Assembly: GCF_039654945.1 (NCBI RefSeq)
Contig: NW_027361731.1
Location: 31,868,001 to 31,932,000, forward strand
Length of the DNA stretch: 64,000 bases
Source: Dendrobates tinctorius
Taxonomy: Eukaryota
Direction of reading: 5' to 3'
The notes under the pieces are model-generated. The model searched no databases, was not told the DNA's origin, and saw only the letters and a program-made list of their open reading frames with translations. Positions within the stretch are counted from its first letter, which is position 1. The number at the start of each line of letters is the position of its first letter. Position numbers and translations under genes: made by a program. Below are positions 62,001-64,000 of this stretch, piece by piece.

Positions 62001-62465
62001 GTCACGGGACCTCGTAATGGTGTTGAAGTCCCCACCGAAGACCACCTGCCGGCTCGTAAAAAGAAAGGGCTTGATCCTCAGGAAGAGACATTTGCGGTCC
62101 CACTTGGACTGCGGGTCGTAGATGTTGATGAGCCGGAGCTCTTGTCCCCTCATGAAGACATCTAGGATCAGGCACCTCCCCATTTCCAACTCAGTAACCC
62201 GTCGGCATTCAACAGCTGCAGTCTTAAAAAGGACTGCCACCCCGCTATACGGCTCGGCCGCAAGAGACCAGTATGAGGGCCCGCACCTCCACTCCCTCCG
62301 TGCTTTATAGATGGCCCCCATGTCTGTTAGTCTGGTCTCTTGCAAGAATAAAATTTCTGCCTCAATCCGGGAGAAAAAATCAAAGGCCGTGAAACGAGCC
62401 GCATCTGACTTTATGCTGGCAACATTAATAGATGCCAGCGTCAACGGGGCGAGTTCCGCCATCAT
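59073..62465 (-). CDS. Tx1 LINE ORF2: APE endonuclease, reverse transcriptase, C-terminal zinc finger; 1130 aa, uninterrupted
   Basis: SINVASI, LFLQET, GGDFN, SRIDRF, FSDH; KSPGPDGLTSEFY, NWRPIALL, LSLDQAKAFDRV, GVRQGCPLSPLLY, AYADD; CPREEC..ESMEHFLLQC. Confidence 0.97.
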   Translation of the reverse strand: MMAELAPLTLASINVASIKSDAARFTAFDFFSRIEAEILFLQETRLTDMGAIYKARREWRCGPSYWSLAAEPYSGVAVLFKTAAVECRRVTELEMGRCLILDVFMRGQELRLINIYDPQSKWDRKCLFLRIKPFLFTSRQVVFGGDFNTITRSRDRGGPGDRLAYDSVALNSIASEARLVDVHIRHTPGHGGFTYHRGSCRSRIDRFFLKEDAIFSAVSAVEVEFSDHCLIFFSLNVAETHRMGRGLWKLNSSLLEEAEVRQSFEDFLQSQVPLLDLCSGKSEWWEIFKKRVAGFFRQLSSLRSLNRHRLYQALGRKLEQLVSTGGDREEISRVKSLLKRCQYDRHTSLVFERDFGKYRSPDPYRNCKMSVNCKMVTGLIDSTGSLNRSKSGILEVVRSFYSHLLEKKDLDRDRMSAFLAETVPEPGGDPSLGVLAEEIREEEVRLAIDGLRPKKSPGPDGLTSEFYKTFRDSLVPLLTGVFNECLSSGTLPDSMRKSALIILSKGKDPSRIENWRPIALLDTDRKVLAKVLFNRLVKFAPRLLSGAQHCSVPGRSTFSAVLGVREAVEQGRAGHWRGYLLSLDQAKAFDRVNHEYLWSVLLRYGLPGRFVKWLEILYQGAETFPLVNGWSGRPFEVGSGVRQGCPLSPLLYVFAIDPFLRRVDRGPLAGVGMDQAGSGSSLRVVAYADDVSLFVSSRREADWVMSEVVRYSEASGSMINRDKCESLWLRGGDPRFDLPDTLPGPQATAKILGIEFGPGDYPQQNWEGRLKIAAQKVDQWKGWSLTLRERVALAKGFLLPLLIYLGSVCILPEPLWTRVYSLFFQLLWGNRLNLIKREVTYRTRRLGGLGMVNPVVFLVNTFLKTNISNLWLERAPPWVVSCKGWLWPFFQEWETGGQVKDLRTPHGHLPAYATPVLKVIRRWGLGMWEIRTMSRQCLDRRVLLTHFQKPLALKDCPGRDLEVGLGLLNSKRIPMKFWDLTWRCFHGRLYVKDNLKCRKSDDRGCPREECGDVLESMEHFLLQCPFNAEVYNRVGASIRWPRLASLSYAEWVYGAFRSLGGRDPCTLFLVSVVVRFYTWNARCLVSTRKKTLPRDEVVGNILGDLVKVRSLEFERLGVRKASWLWRGLSF

Positions 62466-64000
62466 GGGTGATCAAGTTGGATGGCCAACTTCTTACCACT
62501 GCTATCACCTCCACCTGGGGAGGGGTCGGACACCTTCCTTTTCAGGGAAGCTCCCGTTGTGTCCATCCCACCCCCCCCGGTGTCCTCGCCCCCGGGTTCC
62601 AGGTCTGTCCCCCCCCCCCAGGAGGAACACTGCCCCCTGAGGGACGGACCCCACCATCCCCCGAAGGACCCTCCGGTGGTACCCCCGGCCCAGCATCCTC
62701 GTCTTGCGGCCCATCATCCGAGCCTCCGAGGACGCTGAACCGGTTGGAGAGATCAATCAGAGGGGGGTCAGCGGGCCCTTCCGTGCGCACCCTGGTGGTC
62801 GGGGGCGGGGGAGATTTTGAAGGCTTGCCAGCCTTCTTCCCCCCCGATTTGTTACGATTGGCACGTTTACTTTTGCCACCCGCTGCTGTAGGCTGCTCCT
62901 GGACCTCCTCATCAACACTTTCATACTGTGAGGACCCGTCCGAGTCAGCCGCTTTATCCTCCCTCTCCATCCTCCTGATCTCTCTCACCACTCTCCCTCA
63001 GGACCTCAGAGGCTTTTGCCACGGGCCTGGAGGGAGGAGCAGGCATCGACCCGGTTGCCCGAGACTTCACCTGCCCCCCACCCCCATGGCGTTTTTCTTG
63101 CCTCCGCACATACGCGGGTCCCCTCACCTTGGCATTGCCCTTCCTCACCGGTCCCTCAGCCCCTTCCCCTCCGCCACCACCTGCCACAGCTGCAGGAGCG
63201 CCGCCAGAGGTTTCTCCCTCACGGACTCCTCCCGCCGGGCCTGCAGCGGCATTAGAAAAGGAGCGAGGGCAGCGGCTGAGAGGGTGACCTAGGTCACCAC
63301 ACAAGTGACACCGAATGTCCTTACACGAGGCGGCCAGATGACCTACCCCACCACACAAGGCACATTTCTGTACCTTGCAGCTAGCGCTGAAGTGAGTGGG
63401 GTCGCCGCACTTGTGGCAGACCTTCGGTTGCCCCTGGTAGAAGACCAGGATCCTGTCCCTTCCCAGGAACGCCGAGGAAGGGATGTGGGTGACCGTGCCG
63501 CCGGAAACCTTCAGTTTAACCATGAAGGTCCAGCCCCCCGACCAGATGCCGAATTCGTCCCTGTTCTTTTTGGGGACCTCGGTGACTTCCCCGTAACGGG
63601 AAAGCCACGTCATAATGTCTACGCCGGCAAGTGACTCGTTACAAGTGACTACGGTCACTCGCTTGACGGAATTTTGGCGAGACACCGCTTGCGCAACGAA
63701 GTCTCGCCATCCGGGCTCTTCCCGCACCAGCTCATAGTTAGACCAGAAGAGCTCAAGCCCCTCTGGCCGCACAAAGCTGACGTCGAAGAAGCGGGACGCC
63801 GAAGGATGTATCAGGGCAAAGATGTCATTCGCCCCGAAGCCCATCTTAAGGAGGAGCTCCACCACCTTGCTCCTAGGTGGACAAGCTTCACTGCCCCCCC
63901 ACCTAAGACGGACCACATTCCTCCTTTGCGGCCCCTGCCCGGCTGTGGGGAGAGACCAAACAGTCCCTCCCTCCCTTTGGTTTTGGAAGGCAGCAAGGCC
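62462..64000 (-). CDS. Tx1 LINE ORF1 (ZCCHC3-like, three CCHC knuckles), partial, with two apparent frameshifts in the C-terminal part
   Basis: YQGQPKVCHKCGDPTHFSASC, CALCGGVGHLAASC, CHLCGDLGHPLSRC. The frame switches near 62990 and again in G-runs near 62575-62615. Confidence 0.85.

Larger units (their letters stand above)
57839..64000 (-). mobile_element. L1/Tx1-clade non-LTR retrotransposon (5' end beyond the window)
   Basis: ORF1 (zinc knuckles), ORF2 (APE-RT) and a ~1.2-kb 3' UTR ending in AATAAA (57846-57851, minus strand). Confidence 0.95.

Noticed and set aside
62954-63916. Host ZCCHC3 gene
   Set aside because: It is directly upstream of an APE-RT ORF2, so it is LINE ORF1.

Overview
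Eukaryotic, very repeat-rich genomic DNA, most likely from an anuran amphibian (inferred from the intronless TRIM genes and the repeat families). It contains two N-gaps. Host genes, all on +: three single-ORF RING/B-box/coiled-coil/PRY-SPRY TRIM genes (9948-11393, 32620-34197, 37899-39479) and coding exon 1 of SPAG9/JIP4 (50321-50629) in a CpG island. Everything after 50630 appears to be SPAG9 intron 1. Mobile DNA: the 3' half of a chromodomain Ty3/Gypsy element, five TSD-bounded solo LTRs, a full-length two-gene PIF/Harbinger transposon plus three TTA-flanked Harbinger MITEs, a full-length Tc1 with one nonsense codon, a young L1/Tx1-clade LINE with intact ORF2, a hAT-type element filled with telomere-like repeats, and about ten tandem-repeat arrays. 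The best leads are: (1) all Harbinger-type ends share a fixed TWA-N9-CACAC register but carry family-specific subterminal hexamers; (2) a 15-bp ISRE-like motif is conserved just upstream of two TRIM start codons; (3) a hAT element carries (TTAGGG)-like repeats; (4) the Tx1 LINE may target a satellite; (5) retroelements repeatedly landed in tandem arrays. No novel system is proven from sequence alone; these are testable hypotheses.
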